A DNA stretch of 64,000 nt from assembly GCA_016182185.1 (NCBI GenBank), contig JACOXU010000001.1, positions 466,915 to 530,914 on the forward strand, read 5' to 3'. Below are positions 38,218-50,477 of the stretch, piece by piece; positions within the stretch are counted from its first letter, which is position 1, and each line of letters begins with the position of its first letter. The DNA comes from Candidatus Levyibacteriota bacterium (GTDB lineage: Bacteria; Patescibacteriota; Microgenomatia; Levybacterales; UBA12049). The position numbers and the translations under genes are program-made. The notes under the pieces were generated by a model, which did no database searches, was not told the DNA's origin, and was given only the letters and a program-made list of their open reading frames with translations.

Positions 38218-38554
38218 TGATATCAAGAATGATAGAGTCTTTATTGGCGGATTTTCGCTTGCATTTGTACTAATATTGTTAAGTACGATTTATGTATTAT
38301 TGTCTTATACCAAAATTCCTCCATATATTCCACTTTTTAATCAGCTTCCCTGGGGATACGACAGATTGGGAACAAGGCTTATGATATTTCTTCCCATAGC
38401 TCTAGCATTTACTACTGCAATTGGAAATATTATTTTCTCATCAATTATTTACAGAAAAACCCAAATCGTGTCAAGAATGCTAGCGGCAACTGGCCTTATT
38501 GTTGCTTTTCTCTCATTCCTTTTTATTGTAAGAACAATACAGTTGGTGATTTAA
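38201..38554 (+). CDS. Small membrane protein (DUF1648-like)
   Basis: 3 TM helices, IPPYIPLFNQLPWG motif. Confidence 0.6.
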   Translation: MKEFFNDIKNDRVFIGGFSLAFVLILLSTIYVLLSYTKIPPYIPLFNQLPWGYDRLGTRLMIFLPIALAFTTAIGNIIFSSIIYRKTQIVSRMLAATGLIVAFLSFLFIVRTIQLVI

Positions 38555-38561
38555 TATTTAC

Positions 38562-39644
38562 ATGTTTACTAATGTAATCCTCTTTCCCTTTCTAATTGCA
38601 TTTATCGCGACTCTTGTGACTACACCTATTTGCATAAATATTTTTAAACGGATAGGACTCATCGATGATCCAAGATCTCATAAGCATCCGGCAGTAATCC
38701 ACAAGAAACCTATTCCAAGAGGTGGAGGAATTCCTATGTTTATAGGAATTACATTAGCCGGAATAATTTTTCTTCCTCTAACAAAAATTGTGGCTGCTCT
38801 CTTTCTTGCAGCCCTCATTGCATTGGCAATTGGCACTTTGGATGATAAGTTCGACATCTCGCCTTACGTTAGATTTTTTATCAATATTGTTGTCGCGGTA
38901 ACGGTTGTTGGAAGCGGAATTGGAATACCTTTTGTCACAAATCCCCTCGGTGGAGGGACACTATTCTTAAACACTATTCGCTTTTCCATTGATTTTTTTG
39001 GGAATCATTCTGTAATTATTTTCTCAGATCTTATTGCAATTATTTGGCTTGTATGGGTAATGAACATGCTTAATTGGAGTAAGGGGGTCGATGGACAAAT
39101 GCCCGGAATTGTCGCAATCTCTGCTTTTGTAATCGGTATTCTCAGTTTGAGATTCCCGGTATTTGATCAAACAAATCTTATTAGCGCAAAGCTCTCATTT
39201 ATCTTGTCAGGAGCAGCCCTTGGATTTCTTTTCTTTAATTTCTATCCAGCCAAAATTTTCCCAGGATATGGGGCGACCGCGATCTACTTATTACTTGGCA
39301 CAGTCTCAATATTGTCAAGTGCTAAACTGGCTACGGCAATTTTAGTAATGGGAGTGCCTATGACTGACGGAATATTCACAATAATCCGGAGAATATTAAG
39401 CGGAAAATCTCCTTTCTGGCATGACAAAAAGCACTTGCATCACCTACTTCTTCATCTTAAATTTGGACAAAGACAGATAGCATTGTTTTATTGGACTATT
39501 TCTGCTATATTAGGTTCTCTTTCTTTACTTTTGTCAAGTAAGGGAAAACTTTTTGCAGTTATTATGGTTATAATAATTGTAGGAGGAATGTTGCTTTTTC
39601 TACATTTTCTTTTAAGAAAAACGAATGATGAAAATAATCTATAA
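38562..39644 (+). CDS. MraY/WecA/TagO-family polyprenyl-phosphate sugar-phosphate transferase
   Basis: HKKPIPRGGG, GTLDD, NWSKGVDG, FNFYPAKIFPG, DKKHLHH. Confidence 0.92.
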   Translation: MFTNVILFPFLIAFIATLVTTPICINIFKRIGLIDDPRSHKHPAVIHKKPIPRGGGIPMFIGITLAGIIFLPLTKIVAALFLAALIALAIGTLDDKFDISPYVRFFINIVVAVTVVGSGIGIPFVTNPLGGGTLFLNTIRFSIDFFGNHSVIIFSDLIAIIWLVWVMNMLNWSKGVDGQMPGIVAISAFVIGILSLRFPVFDQTNLISAKLSFILSGAALGFLFFNFYPAKIFPGYGATAIYLLLGTVSILSSAKLATAILVMGVPMTDGIFTIIRRILSGKSPFWHDKKHLHHLLLHLKFGQRQIALFYWTISAILGSLSLLLSSKGKLFAVIMVIIIVGGMLLFLHFLLRKTNDENNL

Positions 39645-40572
39645 CACTTTTAGATTATTGAGACCGCGGCAGTGGATAAAAAATTTTGCAGTTTTTGCCG
39701 CCATAACCTTCTCCGGAGAACTATTCGAATTCCCAATTTTTCAAAATGTTCTGATTGGCTTTATTGTTCTTTGCGCAATATCTTCAGCAAGCTACATTGT
39801 CAACGATATCTTTGATATAAAAAGTGACAGACTCCATCCATTTAAAAAATTCAGACCGCTGGCAAATAATGATATTAAACCCGCTCCGGCCCTTATTCTC
39901 GCCATTTTTCTTATAGGCATTTCTCTATATGTCAGCCTAGCATATGTCACTACAACATTTTTCCTGATAGTTCTTGTATACCTGGCAATTCAGCTTTTTT
40001 ATTCAAGTTTCTTAAAAACAATTGCGGTTATAGATATTTTGGCAATTGCCGCAGGTTATATACTAAGAGTTTATGCTGGGGAATTTGCTAGCGGATTTCA
40101 TATTTCTGTATGGTTACTTCTTACAACAATTTCTCTTTCTTTATTTTTGGCTGTCGGAAAACGAAAATCAGAGCTCACTCTTGTCTCTCAAATTAAAGAT
40201 TCTACCATTATTAACGTTAGGAAATCACTATCTCATTATTCTGAAAGACTTCTTGATACTTATGCTTCGATTTTCGCAACTTCAAGTTTTGTCTTCTATT
40301 CACTTTTTACATTTTTGGAAAACCCGAAAGGATTTAGGCTGGGGCTAAGTATTCTTTTACCCGATTTTCTCCCTACTTTTTTTTACCGAAAATGGCTGAT
40401 GATAACAATAATTCCTGTGGTTTATGGCCTTATGAGGTATATTCAGGATATTTATGAAAAACATGAAGGAGAAAGTCCTGAAAAAGTTCTTTTGTCAGAT
40501 AGGCCACTTCTTGTAACTGTAGCTATTTGGGTTTTCCTGGTCATTGCCGTTATCTACTTCATCTCCCCCTAA
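39625..40572 (+). CDS. UbiA-family decaprenyl-phosphate phosphoribosyltransferase-like protein
   Basis: LRPRQWIKN, YIVNDIFDIKSDRLHPFKKFRPLA, LFLAVGKRKSE, GESPE. Confidence 0.88.
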   Translation: MMKIIYNTFRLLRPRQWIKNFAVFAAITFSGELFEFPIFQNVLIGFIVLCAISSASYIVNDIFDIKSDRLHPFKKFRPLANNDIKPAPALILAIFLIGISLYVSLAYVTTTFFLIVLVYLAIQLFYSSFLKTIAVIDILAIAAGYILRVYAGEFASGFHISVWLLLTTISLSLFLAVGKRKSELTLVSQIKDSTIINVRKSLSHYSERLLDTYASIFATSSFVFYSLFTFLENPKGFRLGLSILLPDFLPTFFYRKWLMITIIPVVYGLMRYIQDIYEKHEGESPEKVLLSDRPLLVTVAIWVFLVIAVIYFISP

Positions 40573-40573
40573 T

Positions 40574-41410
40574 TTATTTTTTTTCTGCGTATTGACTGCT
40601 TATCCAGCCTGTTTTCCCGTTCTTGAGTTTAATCTCAAACCAACCTTCCTCCTCAGAAATTAAATCAAAGATATCACCTGGATTGACCCTGTCAATCTCT
40701 AAAGATCCGACTGAACTTTCTTCCCTAACTCTTAAGAATCCAGTGGGCGTATCAAGAATTACTACTTTTGAAACTGACGGGCTCGGAGTTACTGCACGTG
40801 AGTCTGGCGCTGCTGAAGGACTTGAAATGTCAGGATTTATTCCTAGAGTAACAATTGATTTTAGTCTGAAACCCATTGCTGTTCTTATCCTTATTGATTT
40901 ATCAAGGTATCCAGTTTTTGTGAGTTTCAGATCATGATCTGATTCTGTAACATTTTTAAGAATAAGCGGCGTAATCCCAACTAAATTGTTGTCGATAAAA
41001 ACACTTGATTTATCAGGAAAAGAAATTACCATTATTTCAAGCGCCTTCTTATCAGATAACGGCTCAAGCGTTATAACGCTTCCTGAAGACAGCGTACTAT
41101 CCCCAAAATTTCTGTCAATAACCGACAGGGTTGCTCTATTAATCGTTATTTTCTCTCCATATGGACGGAGCCCCGATTGATTTGGGGCAATTTGAACATT
41201 ATAATCTCCAACCGGAAGCATATCAGATGAATTACATTTACAAAGCGGGGTAATTCCGATAAGTTTTCCGTTTAAATACACCTTGCTTTCAGGAACAGCA
41301 GTCACTTGAAGTGCTCCTTTGCCTGTTTTTCTATTAAGATAAAACAATGTTCCGGCAAAAATAATAATTGTCAAAACCAAAAAGGCAAAAAGCCAAAGAA
41401 ATTTCTTCAT
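40574..41410 (-). CDS. PEGA-domain and SH3b-domain surface protein
   Basis: Two PEGA-like repeats (VYLNGKLIGITPL; VFIDNNLVGITPL) and C-terminal LRVRE...GWFEIKL...GWISSQY. Confidence 0.85.
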   Translation of the reverse strand: MKKFLWLFAFLVLTIIIFAGTLFYLNRKTGKGALQVTAVPESKVYLNGKLIGITPLCKCNSSDMLPVGDYNVQIAPNQSGLRPYGEKITINRATLSVIDRNFGDSTLSSGSVITLEPLSDKKALEIMVISFPDKSSVFIDNNLVGITPLILKNVTESDHDLKLTKTGYLDKSIRIRTAMGFRLKSIVTLGINPDISSPSAAPDSRAVTPSPSVSKVVILDTPTGFLRVREESSVGSLEIDRVNPGDIFDLISEEEGWFEIKLKNGKTGWISSQYAEKK

Positions 41411-41474
41411 TGCAATTGAAAAAGACTAGAATAATATAACATATTGATTTTTAATATTCCAATAAATTCGCAAC

Positions 41475-41503
41475 AAAAAAACCGCCGGTCATTGGCGATT
41501 TTT
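41475..41503. terminator. Putative terminator downstream of groEL
   Basis: AAAAAAACCGCC-ggtcatt-GGCGATTTTT stem flanked by A/T tracts. Confidence 0.5.
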
Positions 41504-41560
41504 AAAAATCTATCTTGGTATTTATTTGGGGTTTGTAATTTGGAATTTGGAATTTCTTAG

Positions 41561-43207
<1,647 letters not shown>

Positions 43208-43260
43208 TTAGTTTATTAGCGTCTAGCGTTTAGTTTTAACTATACGCTAATCTCTACACG

Positions 43261-43563
43261 CTACCCAACTATCGCTAAGATATCTTTCTGTTCAACCATT
43301 GTCCATTCTTCATTTCCTACTTTTACTTCGGTTCCGCCCCATTTTTTATACATTACTTTTTGGCCAACCTTAACTATCATGGAGTTAGGAATTATTTTCC
43401 CATCGTCAACCGATCCTTGACCAACTGCCATGACAAGACCGATTTGTGGTTTTTCTTTTGCGGTATCAGGAAGAATGATTCCGCTGGCAGTTTTTTCTTC
43501 CGCCTCAAGCGGTTTAACAAGCACATTGTCAAACAGAGGTTTTATATTGTTTTTTGTTTTCAT
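43261..43563 (-). CDS. groES: Co-chaperonin GroES (start at ATG 43563)
   Basis: IKPLFDNVLVK, TASGIILPDTAKEKP, DILAIV. Confidence 0.97.
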   Translation of the reverse strand: MKTKNNIKPLFDNVLVKPLEAEEKTASGIILPDTAKEKPQIGLVMAVGQGSVDDGKIIPNSMIVKVGQKVMYKKWGGTEVKVGNEEWTMVEQKDILAIVG

Positions 43564-43583
43564 AAGTAAAACTTGACCAAAAA

Positions 43584-43639
43584 ATATCACTTGATCAAAG
43601 TGACTGCTAATTTATACTACAAAATAAAAATCCTGTCAA
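43584..43639 (-). promoter_or_regulatory. groES promoter with degenerate CIRCE
   Basis: Minus strand TTGACA (43639-43634), 17 nt, TATAAA (43616-43611), then TTAGCAGTC-N9-AAGTGATAT; first arm identical to the hrcA CIRCE arm. Confidence 0.78.
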
Positions 43640-43662
43640 TAACCTATAGTATATAAATCCTT

Positions 43663-43683
43663 AACCCCGATCTAATCGGGGTT
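43663..43683. repeat. Short palindrome, also found at 297-311
   Basis: AACCCCGAT-CTA-ATCGGGGTT; 15-nt core CCCGATCTAATCGGG identical to 297-311. Confidence 0.8.
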
Positions 43684-43729
43684 GACATCCTCTTTTTTCT
43701 TCTATACGATAAATTAAGGTCATATCTAT

Positions 43730-44902
43730 ATGTCATCATTATTATCCCCTAAAAAATTAATACTATTTGGTTTTATAGTTATTCTCCTCATAGCAATCCC
43801 TCTCACAGTTTACTTAGTTCAAAAACAGCAAGAAATCCGGGGGAAGGCTGCTCCTTCAACAATTCTCTCATTCGTGCCAGAATCAACTGCTATTCAGGTC
43901 GGGCAAACCGTGAGTTTTGATTTAATGGTAGATCCGGGAAGCAATCAAGTTTCATTCGTTAAACTAGGCATTATTTACGATCCTGCCAAACTTAAAGTAA
44001 CTACAAATGGATTTGTCCCAAATGCTATTGCCTTCCCGACTATTCTTCAAGAACCAGTTTATGAGTCGGGAAGTATCTCTGCAACTCTTTCTGTTGGTGC
44101 TGATCCTACAAAGGTAATTCAAGCTATCACAAAAATTGCTACTGTAACTTTTGAAGCCCTAGAACAAACAGATGCTGGAATCCCTACTCGAATTACATTT
44201 GATAGTCAAACCCAAGTATTATCCATCGCATCAGGAGATGTCTTCAATGAAAATGTATTATCAACAACTAAGCCAGCAAGCGTTGCAATAACAGCGGGCA
44301 CAATTTCCCCTACTCCTACCTTAATTCCAAGTGTAAGCCCGACGGCAACCCCTAGGGTAACATTAACTCCAACACCCACTCCAACCGGAGTCCCCACTCC
44401 CACCCCTACTACTGTAGTTGTTCAACCAACAAATCAAACACCTTCCTGTACCGCTTTGACTTTGGACCAAGCTGCAACTGGCACTGCCCCCTATACCTTG
44501 ACATTTACTGCGGTCGGAACAGATTCTGATGGAACGGTAAGCAAAGTAACCTTTAGTTTCGGGGATGGAATAACACAGGACGAAACCCAAACAGGAGGAA
44601 TAGGTACAAATTCGGTCAATGTTTCTGCTTCTCACACCTATAGCAATGCCGGAACATTTACTGCAACTGCAACTATAACTGATAATGAGGGCGCAGTAAG
44701 TGATACTACCTCGTGCACTCAGACAATCACTGTAAATTCTGCTATAGCAGTTGTTCCCACCACTCCACCCGCTCCACCCCCCGTAGCTGCCACCCAAATA
44801 CCAACCGTGCCTCCAACTGGACCAGCAGAAACAATTCTTGGAATTGGAGCAATCGGCATAATACTTATAATTATTGGGGGCGCATTACTTTTAATACTTT
44901 AG
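43730..44902 (+). CDS. Surface protein with cohesin-like and PKD domains, PT-rich linkers and C-terminal TM anchor
   Basis: IYDPAKLKV cohesin-like segment, FSFGDG...SHTYSNAGTFTATATITD PKD motif, PPTG followed by TM helix. Confidence 0.82.
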   Translation: MSSLLSPKKLILFGFIVILLIAIPLTVYLVQKQQEIRGKAAPSTILSFVPESTAIQVGQTVSFDLMVDPGSNQVSFVKLGIIYDPAKLKVTTNGFVPNAIAFPTILQEPVYESGSISATLSVGADPTKVIQAITKIATVTFEALEQTDAGIPTRITFDSQTQVLSIASGDVFNENVLSTTKPASVAITAGTISPTPTLIPSVSPTATPRVTLTPTPTPTGVPTPTPTTVVVQPTNQTPSCTALTLDQAATGTAPYTLTFTAVGTDSDGTVSKVTFSFGDGITQDETQTGGIGTNSVNVSASHTYSNAGTFTATATITDNEGAVSDTTSCTQTITVNSAIAVVPTTPPAPPPVAATQIPTVPPTGPAETILGIGAIGIILIIIGGALLLIL

Positions 44903-44903
44903 A

Positions 44904-46676
44904 TTAAATCTTAAGTATTGCCAGAAAAGCTTCCTGGGGAATATCTACATTTCCAAAGCGTTTCATTCTTTTCTTTCCTTTTTTTTGTTTTTCCAAAAGT
45001 TTAATTTTTCTGGTCACATCTCCGCCGTATAATTTGGCGGTAACATCTTTTCTATATGCAGGTATTGTCTCGCGAGCCAAGATTTTCCCTCCGGCTCCGC
45101 CCTTTATTTTTGTAAAGTTAATAACTGCTTGAACAGGAATTGGGATGTTTTGACGGGGAATTACTTCTTTTAATTTTTCGACAAGTTTTCTTCCCAATTC
45201 CTCTGCTTTTTCGCTGGGAATTATTTGAGTGAGTCCTTCGACTGGTTCAAAATTAATCAAAATATCTAATTTCACTAATTTGGCTGGTCTGTAATCCATT
45301 ACCTCAAAATCAAAAGATGCATAGCCTGAAGTTTGAGATTTTAAATCATCATAAAATCCAATGAGAATCTCAAGGAGTGGAACTATGGCTTCAATTTTCT
45401 GAGAAGTTCCGATACTTTCAAGATGTTCGATCATTCCTCTTTTTTTATAAATAAGATCACTAATCTGTCCGTAATATTTCTGAGGAGCAAAGATTGTGAC
45501 TCTGGCATATGGCTCAAGAACTTGAGCGCTTACGCTGGGATTAAAGTCCGAAGGTTTATTGATAACTTCCCCATCAACGATAAAATTAACCGAAGGTGAT
45601 GTCAAAACAATATTGAGTCCATATTCCCTCTCAAGTCTTTCCTGGGTGATTTGTGAATGCAAAAGTCCTAAGAATCCAACACGAAGCCCTTGACCAAGAC
45701 TGACAGAAGATTCGATGGAATAAGAAAGAGCAGCATCATTTAATTTAAGTTTTTCGAATGCTTCTTTCATTTTGGGAAAATCAGATGAATCGATGGGAAA
45801 AAAAGAAAGAAAAACTACCGGTCTTGCCTCTTGATATCCAGGCAGTGGTTTTACTATTTCTTTTGGATGAGCTATTGTATCCCCAACCTTCACAAGTGCT
45901 AAATCTTTTATGTTGGTAACAATAAAGCCTACTTCTCCTGACTGCAATCCTTGAGCATAATCTGGTTTGGGTGTTAAAAAACCTGTCTGCAAGATCTGTC
46001 CCTTTGCTTTTGTTGCCATAAACAATACCTCGTCTTCTGCCCTTAGTGATCCCCCAAAAATTCTTATAGTAGCAACTACTCCTTTATAAGGATCGAGACT
46101 TGAATCGAAAATAAGACCAGAAAGCTTATCATCCAACTGTTTAGGAGGTGGTATCTTTGCTATAATTTCATCCAGAAGCCTTACAACATTTTCACCGGTT
46201 TTGGCAGAAATTTTTATAATTTCATCTTCTTTGAATCCTAAATCCAAAAGCTCAGCCGTAGTTCTAGCAACATCTGCAGCAGGCATATCGATTTTGTTAA
46301 TAACTGGAATGAGAGTCAGATTTGCGTTGACTGCCAAATTAAAGTTTGAGAGAGTTTGAGCTTGCACCCCTTGTGTCGCATCAACTACCAAGACAGCGCC
46401 TTCAACCGAAGCCAATGATCTTGAAACTTCATAGGAAAAATCAACATGTCCAGGAGTGTCAAGAAGATTTAGCTGGTAATCTTTATATTTAAGTCTTACT
46501 GCCTTAAGCTTTATGGTAATTCCGTGTTCTCTCTCAAGTTCAAGACTATCTAGAATTTGCGCCTCATGCTTTTCGGGAAGTGCTCCGCAAATTTCCATAA
46601 TCCGATCGGCAAGCGTAGACTTACCATGATCAATATGCGCAATAATGGCAAAATTCCTAATTTTATCCGTATCCAT
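44904..46676 (-). CDS. lepA: Elongation factor 4 (LepA)
   Basis: IRNFAIIAHIDHGKSTLADR, DTPGHVDF, GFLGLLH, LYGGDVTRKIKLLEKQK. Confidence 0.98.
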   Translation of the reverse strand: MDTDKIRNFAIIAHIDHGKSTLADRIMEICGALPEKHEAQILDSLELEREHGITIKLKAVRLKYKDYQLNLLDTPGHVDFSYEVSRSLASVEGAVLVVDATQGVQAQTLSNFNLAVNANLTLIPVINKIDMPAADVARTTAELLDLGFKEDEIIKISAKTGENVVRLLDEIIAKIPPPKQLDDKLSGLIFDSSLDPYKGVVATIRIFGGSLRAEDEVLFMATKAKGQILQTGFLTPKPDYAQGLQSGEVGFIVTNIKDLALVKVGDTIAHPKEIVKPLPGYQEARPVVFLSFFPIDSSDFPKMKEAFEKLKLNDAALSYSIESSVSLGQGLRVGFLGLLHSQITQERLEREYGLNIVLTSPSVNFIVDGEVINKPSDFNPSVSAQVLEPYARVTIFAPQKYYGQISDLIYKKRGMIEHLESIGTSQKIEAIVPLLEILIGFYDDLKSQTSGYASFDFEVMDYRPAKLVKLDILINFEPVEGLTQIIPSEKAEELGRKLVEKLKEVIPRQNIPIPVQAVINFTKIKGGAGGKILARETIPAYRKDVTAKLYGGDVTRKIKLLEKQKKGKKRMKRFGNVDIPQEAFLAILKI

Positions 46677-46708
46677 ATTGAGGAAAATTATATCAGATAC
46701 GAGATCTT

Positions 46709-47827
46709 TTAACGAAGACTAAGTGTCTTTCCCCTAAAAGTGATGTTTTTAGGTTTTATTAATACTTGTCTTTTCCCCGTCCTGATGAATCCCGCATCTA
46801 ATACATGCATTGAATGGTTATTTCTTGCTACTTCAATCGCTCTTGCTACATCTTTTGGTGGTAGAAAAATAGCAAATCCTGCTCCCATATTGAAATTCCC
46901 ATACATTTCTTTATCATCATTTCCGGATTGTTCTTGAATAAAATGAAAAACAGAATGCGGGGCAGGAATACTGTTTATAGTATAAGTAAAATCCTCTTTG
47001 GCTCTCATAAGTTTTCTCCATCCATGCCCTGTTATATTAACCATGTAATGAATATCTATTCCTTGTTCAAAAAGATCATTTATTAACTTTGCATAAATGT
47101 AAGTAGGAGTTAAAAGAGCTTCTCCATACGTTGACCCGTCCGGCAGTTCTGTCGCATAGCCTTCAGGCAAATTATCCGTTATTCCTCTTGCAAGAGTTAG
47201 TCCATTTGCATGAATTCCGCTGCTTTCTACTAAAAGAACTCTATCCTCTGATCTTAACTTATCTCCTAAAGTTAATCTGGTTTTGGGTTTTATAATTCCA
47301 GTTGCTGCTCCTAATATTTCACCCGTATTTGGCACAATAACTCCTTTCAATGTTGGGCTTTCTCCTCCACCCCAGGCTGTTCCGGCAAGATCGCAAGCTT
47401 TCCCCCACCCCTCAAGTAAATCTTTTCCTCTCTCTGTATCTTCAAACCAATCTGATGTTCCGCTTCCAACGTACATATTTATTACCTCTGGTTGTGCACC
47501 TACAACAATAAGATCATTTACTATCATGGCGACTGCATCTTGCGCAACTTGGTCATAGTAAGTTTTCCCGGTAATTTCTCTTACTGCATCGGCGACTAAA
47601 TTCTTAGTTCCTAATCCTTCGATGACAAAAGCGGCATAATGATCTCCTCTATCCCAGACAAATGCTGACTCACCACGGCTTGATTCTACTACTCTCATTC
47701 CCATTTTTTTCAGATTTGATGAAGTCTCACGAGCATTTAATTGAGCTAGTCTTTTAAAAGGGTCCATTGCTTCGTAATTGACTCCTGTTGAAGCATAATT
47801 TATGGGCTGGGATTCATTACTAGCCAT
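46709..47827 (-). CDS. purM: Phosphoribosylformylglycinamidine cyclo-ligase (AIR synthase)
   Basis: YASTGV, EGLGTK, VAMIVNDL, GGES, SSGIHANG, NITGHG, FNMGAG. Confidence 0.88.
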   Translation of the reverse strand: MASNESQPINYASTGVNYEAMDPFKRLAQLNARETSSNLKKMGMRVVESSRGESAFVWDRGDHYAAFVIEGLGTKNLVADAVREITGKTYYDQVAQDAVAMIVNDLIVVGAQPEVINMYVGSGTSDWFEDTERGKDLLEGWGKACDLAGTAWGGGESPTLKGVIVPNTGEILGAATGIIKPKTRLTLGDKLRSEDRVLLVESSGIHANGLTLARGITDNLPEGYATELPDGSTYGEALLTPTYIYAKLINDLFEQGIDIHYMVNITGHGWRKLMRAKEDFTYTINSIPAPHSVFHFIQEQSGNDDKEMYGNFNMGAGFAIFLPPKDVARAIEVARNNHSMHVLDAGFIRTGKRQVLIKPKNITFRGKTLSLR

Positions 47828-47887
47828 AAAATTGAGGACAGGATTTTAGATATAGTAATTTAAAAATTAGCAGAAATCAATAGCCAG

Positions 47888-49546
47888 CTAAACTTTAAAT
47901 CTTGTGCTGTCGATGGCTTCCTCGCTTTTGGTAAGTATTTCTCTCCAGTTTCCTATCTTCCTAAATATTAAAAGGAATGTCGAGGCTTCTTTTACATCAA
48001 AAAGCCATGTTAAAAAAAGATAAAGGGAAAGTCCAGCAAAACTTGAAATTCCGGTAAGCATAAGAAGATTAATAGTCCTTGTTGTGTCAAAAATAAGCTG
48101 GTCCAAAAGTTTTATAGGAATGTACAAAGCAAATCCCGTAAAAAAAGTCGCCAAAAATATTTTTGACATTGAGAACATAAACTCTATTTTTCTAAATCCA
48201 CCCACTTTTCTGTCAAGAAGTATCAGTGACAAAAGTAAATTTATAATCGCGGCAAGAGAAAAAGAAAGCGCAAGACTTTCAACCCCTAATTGGTAAACAA
48301 AAATAAAAAGATAGCTTAATAAAATCATCAGACCTGTAGTTGCGGTTCCTATAACAAGCGGAATCTTAGTATCATGAAGAGCATAAAAACCGCGAGACAC
48401 TAAATAAATCAGGGATTGTGCAAAAATCGAAATACTAAAAAAAGCCAGAGTTCTTCCAGTCAGAACAGTAGCTGGCCAGTCAAATCGAGAAGCACCATAA
48501 ATAAGACGGACCAATGGGATCCTCAAAACCAGAAATAAAACTGAAATTGGAAGAATTAGATAAAGCATCTGATTAAAACTGGTTACAAAAGTTGCTTTGA
48601 ATTCCTCTATTTTATCTTTTTCTCTGGATAATACCGGGAATGCCGCTTGAGCAATCGCGTTTCCAATGAGCGTGACCGGTGCAAAGGCAAGTGTCTGAGC
48701 AAGATCAAAGATTACGTATTTTCTTCCAGGATCAGAAAGATATGAAACAAAAGTCACGGTAAGCAAGGTCCCCAACTGAAAAATAGCAATCGAAAAAGTT
48801 CTTGGCCACATTAATTTAAAAACCTGTACTATGCCTTTATCTTTAAAAGACAGGGAAGGTTTAAGAGAAAATTTTACACTTCTTATGAGCGGTATTTGAA
48901 CTATGAAAAAGATAAATGCGCCTAAAATTACACCATATGCAGCTGAATATATGCCTACTGAAGAATTAAGAAATAATATTCCAATGATTATTCCTAAATT
49001 ATATAAAGCAGAAGCAAATCCCGGAACAAAAAAATGATTATGCGATTGAAGAACCGCTGAAAAAAAACTTCCAACCATAAAAAGGAGTTGTCCGATTATA
49101 ATAAGTCTCATCAAATTTGACATAAGATGTAGCTGTTCATCGGAAAAACCCGGAGCAATAAGTTTTGAAAAATTAAATGCAAAAATAAAAAGAATAATGG
49201 CAAGTACGGAAAATGCAATTAAGCCAAGTGTCAGTAGATTTGATCCAAGCCTGTGTGCTTCTTCCTCTTGTCCTTTTCCCAAATAATCAGAAAAAACTGG
49301 AATAAGAGCGGAGGATAATGCCCCTGCAATAATAAGCTGAAAAAGAAAATCAGGAAGTCGGGTTGAAATAAAATAAACTCCGAGAGTGTTTGAGGCACCG
49401 AAAATAGAAACGAGAAGTCTCTGCCTGATGAGTCCTAATATTTGCGACAGGATAATCGTTATCATGATGATAAAAGCAGCTTTCAAAATGTTTGTCTGGC
49501 GGGCAAGTAAAACGCTGAGGCCTTTTTTGATTAAATTTTGGGGCAT
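47888..49546 (-). CDS. murJ: Lipid II flippase MurJ (MviN)
   Basis: SQILGLIRQ, RLPD, GALSSALIPVF, RGFYALHDTKIP; many TM helices. Confidence 0.93.
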   Translation of the reverse strand: MPQNLIKKGLSVLLARQTNILKAAFIIMITIILSQILGLIRQRLLVSIFGASNTLGVYFISTRLPDFLFQLIIAGALSSALIPVFSDYLGKGQEEEAHRLGSNLLTLGLIAFSVLAIILFIFAFNFSKLIAPGFSDEQLHLMSNLMRLIIIGQLLFMVGSFFSAVLQSHNHFFVPGFASALYNLGIIIGILFLNSSVGIYSAAYGVILGAFIFFIVQIPLIRSVKFSLKPSLSFKDKGIVQVFKLMWPRTFSIAIFQLGTLLTVTFVSYLSDPGRKYVIFDLAQTLAFAPVTLIGNAIAQAAFPVLSREKDKIEEFKATFVTSFNQMLYLILPISVLFLVLRIPLVRLIYGASRFDWPATVLTGRTLAFFSISIFAQSLIYLVSRGFYALHDTKIPLVIGTATTGLMILLSYLFIFVYQLGVESLALSFSLAAIINLLLSLILLDRKVGGFRKIEFMFSMSKIFLATFFTGFALYIPIKLLDQLIFDTTRTINLLMLTGISSFAGLSLYLFLTWLFDVKEASTFLLIFRKIGNWREILTKSEEAIDSTRFKV

Positions 49547-49582
49547 ATTGTAATTTAAAGTATAGCATGGTAAAATCGCGCT

Positions 49583-49876
49583 ATGCCAGTGATAAAATCA
49601 GCTCAAAAAAAATTAAGAAAAGACAAAAAAAGGACACAAGAAAATAAAAAATTAAAAGATAGCTTTAAATCTGCTCTGAAAAAAGCACTTAAAACGCCGA
49701 CGCAGAAAACAATTACCCAAGCAGTTAAATTAACTGATAAAATGGCCAAAAAAAACATAGTTCATAAAAACAAAGCAGCAAGAATTAAATCCAAATTATC
49801 TAAATTAATTAATAAACCTGTCAAAAGGACAAAAGAGGCCTCTAAAAAATCCTCAAAAAGAACTAAAAAATCCTAA
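49583..49876 (+). CDS. rpsT: 30S ribosomal protein S20
   Basis: MPVIKSAQKKLR, DKMAKKNIVHKNKAARIKSKL. Confidence 0.96.
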   Translation: MPVIKSAQKKLRKDKKRTQENKKLKDSFKSALKKALKTPTQKTITQAVKLTDKMAKKNIVHKNKAARIKSKLSKLINKPVKRTKEASKKSSKRTKKS

Positions 49877-49922
49877 AAATTCCTTTGACAAAAGGGAAAA
49901 AAATCCCTAGACTAAAAGTGAG

Positions 49923-50477
49923 ATGCCAAAGCAACGCCGCTTGATAAATCTACTTAAAGCAAAAGAAATTTCATTCTTGGATAAATTCCTCACTTGGGCT
50001 CTGACGATCGGAAGAATGGTCGTTATAATAACGGAAATTATCGCTTTGTCTGCATTTCTCTATCGATTTTCACTCGATAGACAACTAATCGATCTTCATT
50101 CAGATATAAGAGCAAAGGAAGCTCTAGTAAGCTCCCTTAAAAATAGTGAGGAGACTTATAGAAATTTACAAGATCGTCTTGCAACTGCAGCAATTTTTTC
50201 AAAAACGGGAGAAGAAGAATATACTATATTTAAAGACATCGTAAGCTTCATCCCGCAAGGGATGAAGCTTGATCAAGTTTCAATTTCCCACGATAGAATT
50301 CAAATTGATGCAAATTATCAATTCATCTCAAGCCTAACTGCATTTATTAACGCTCTTAAAGGGTACCCTAAGATAAGTTCTGTGAATATCAACAAGATTG
50401 AAAATAAATTATCTACTGCCGTAATAAGCGTTGGAATAACTGCCTCTATTGCTCAGGATAATAATTCTAATGAATAA
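49923..50477 (+). CDS. Type IV pilus assembly PilN-like protein
   Basis: INLL motif, TM helix, coiled coil, IPQGMKL ferredoxin-like domain; upstream of PilO-like gene. Confidence 0.7.
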   Translation: MPKQRRLINLLKAKEISFLDKFLTWALTIGRMVVIITEIIALSAFLYRFSLDRQLIDLHSDIRAKEALVSSLKNSEETYRNLQDRLATAAIFSKTGEEEYTIFKDIVSFIPQGMKLDQVSISHDRIQIDANYQFISSLTAFINALKGYPKISSVNINKIENKLSTAVISVGITASIAQDNNSNE

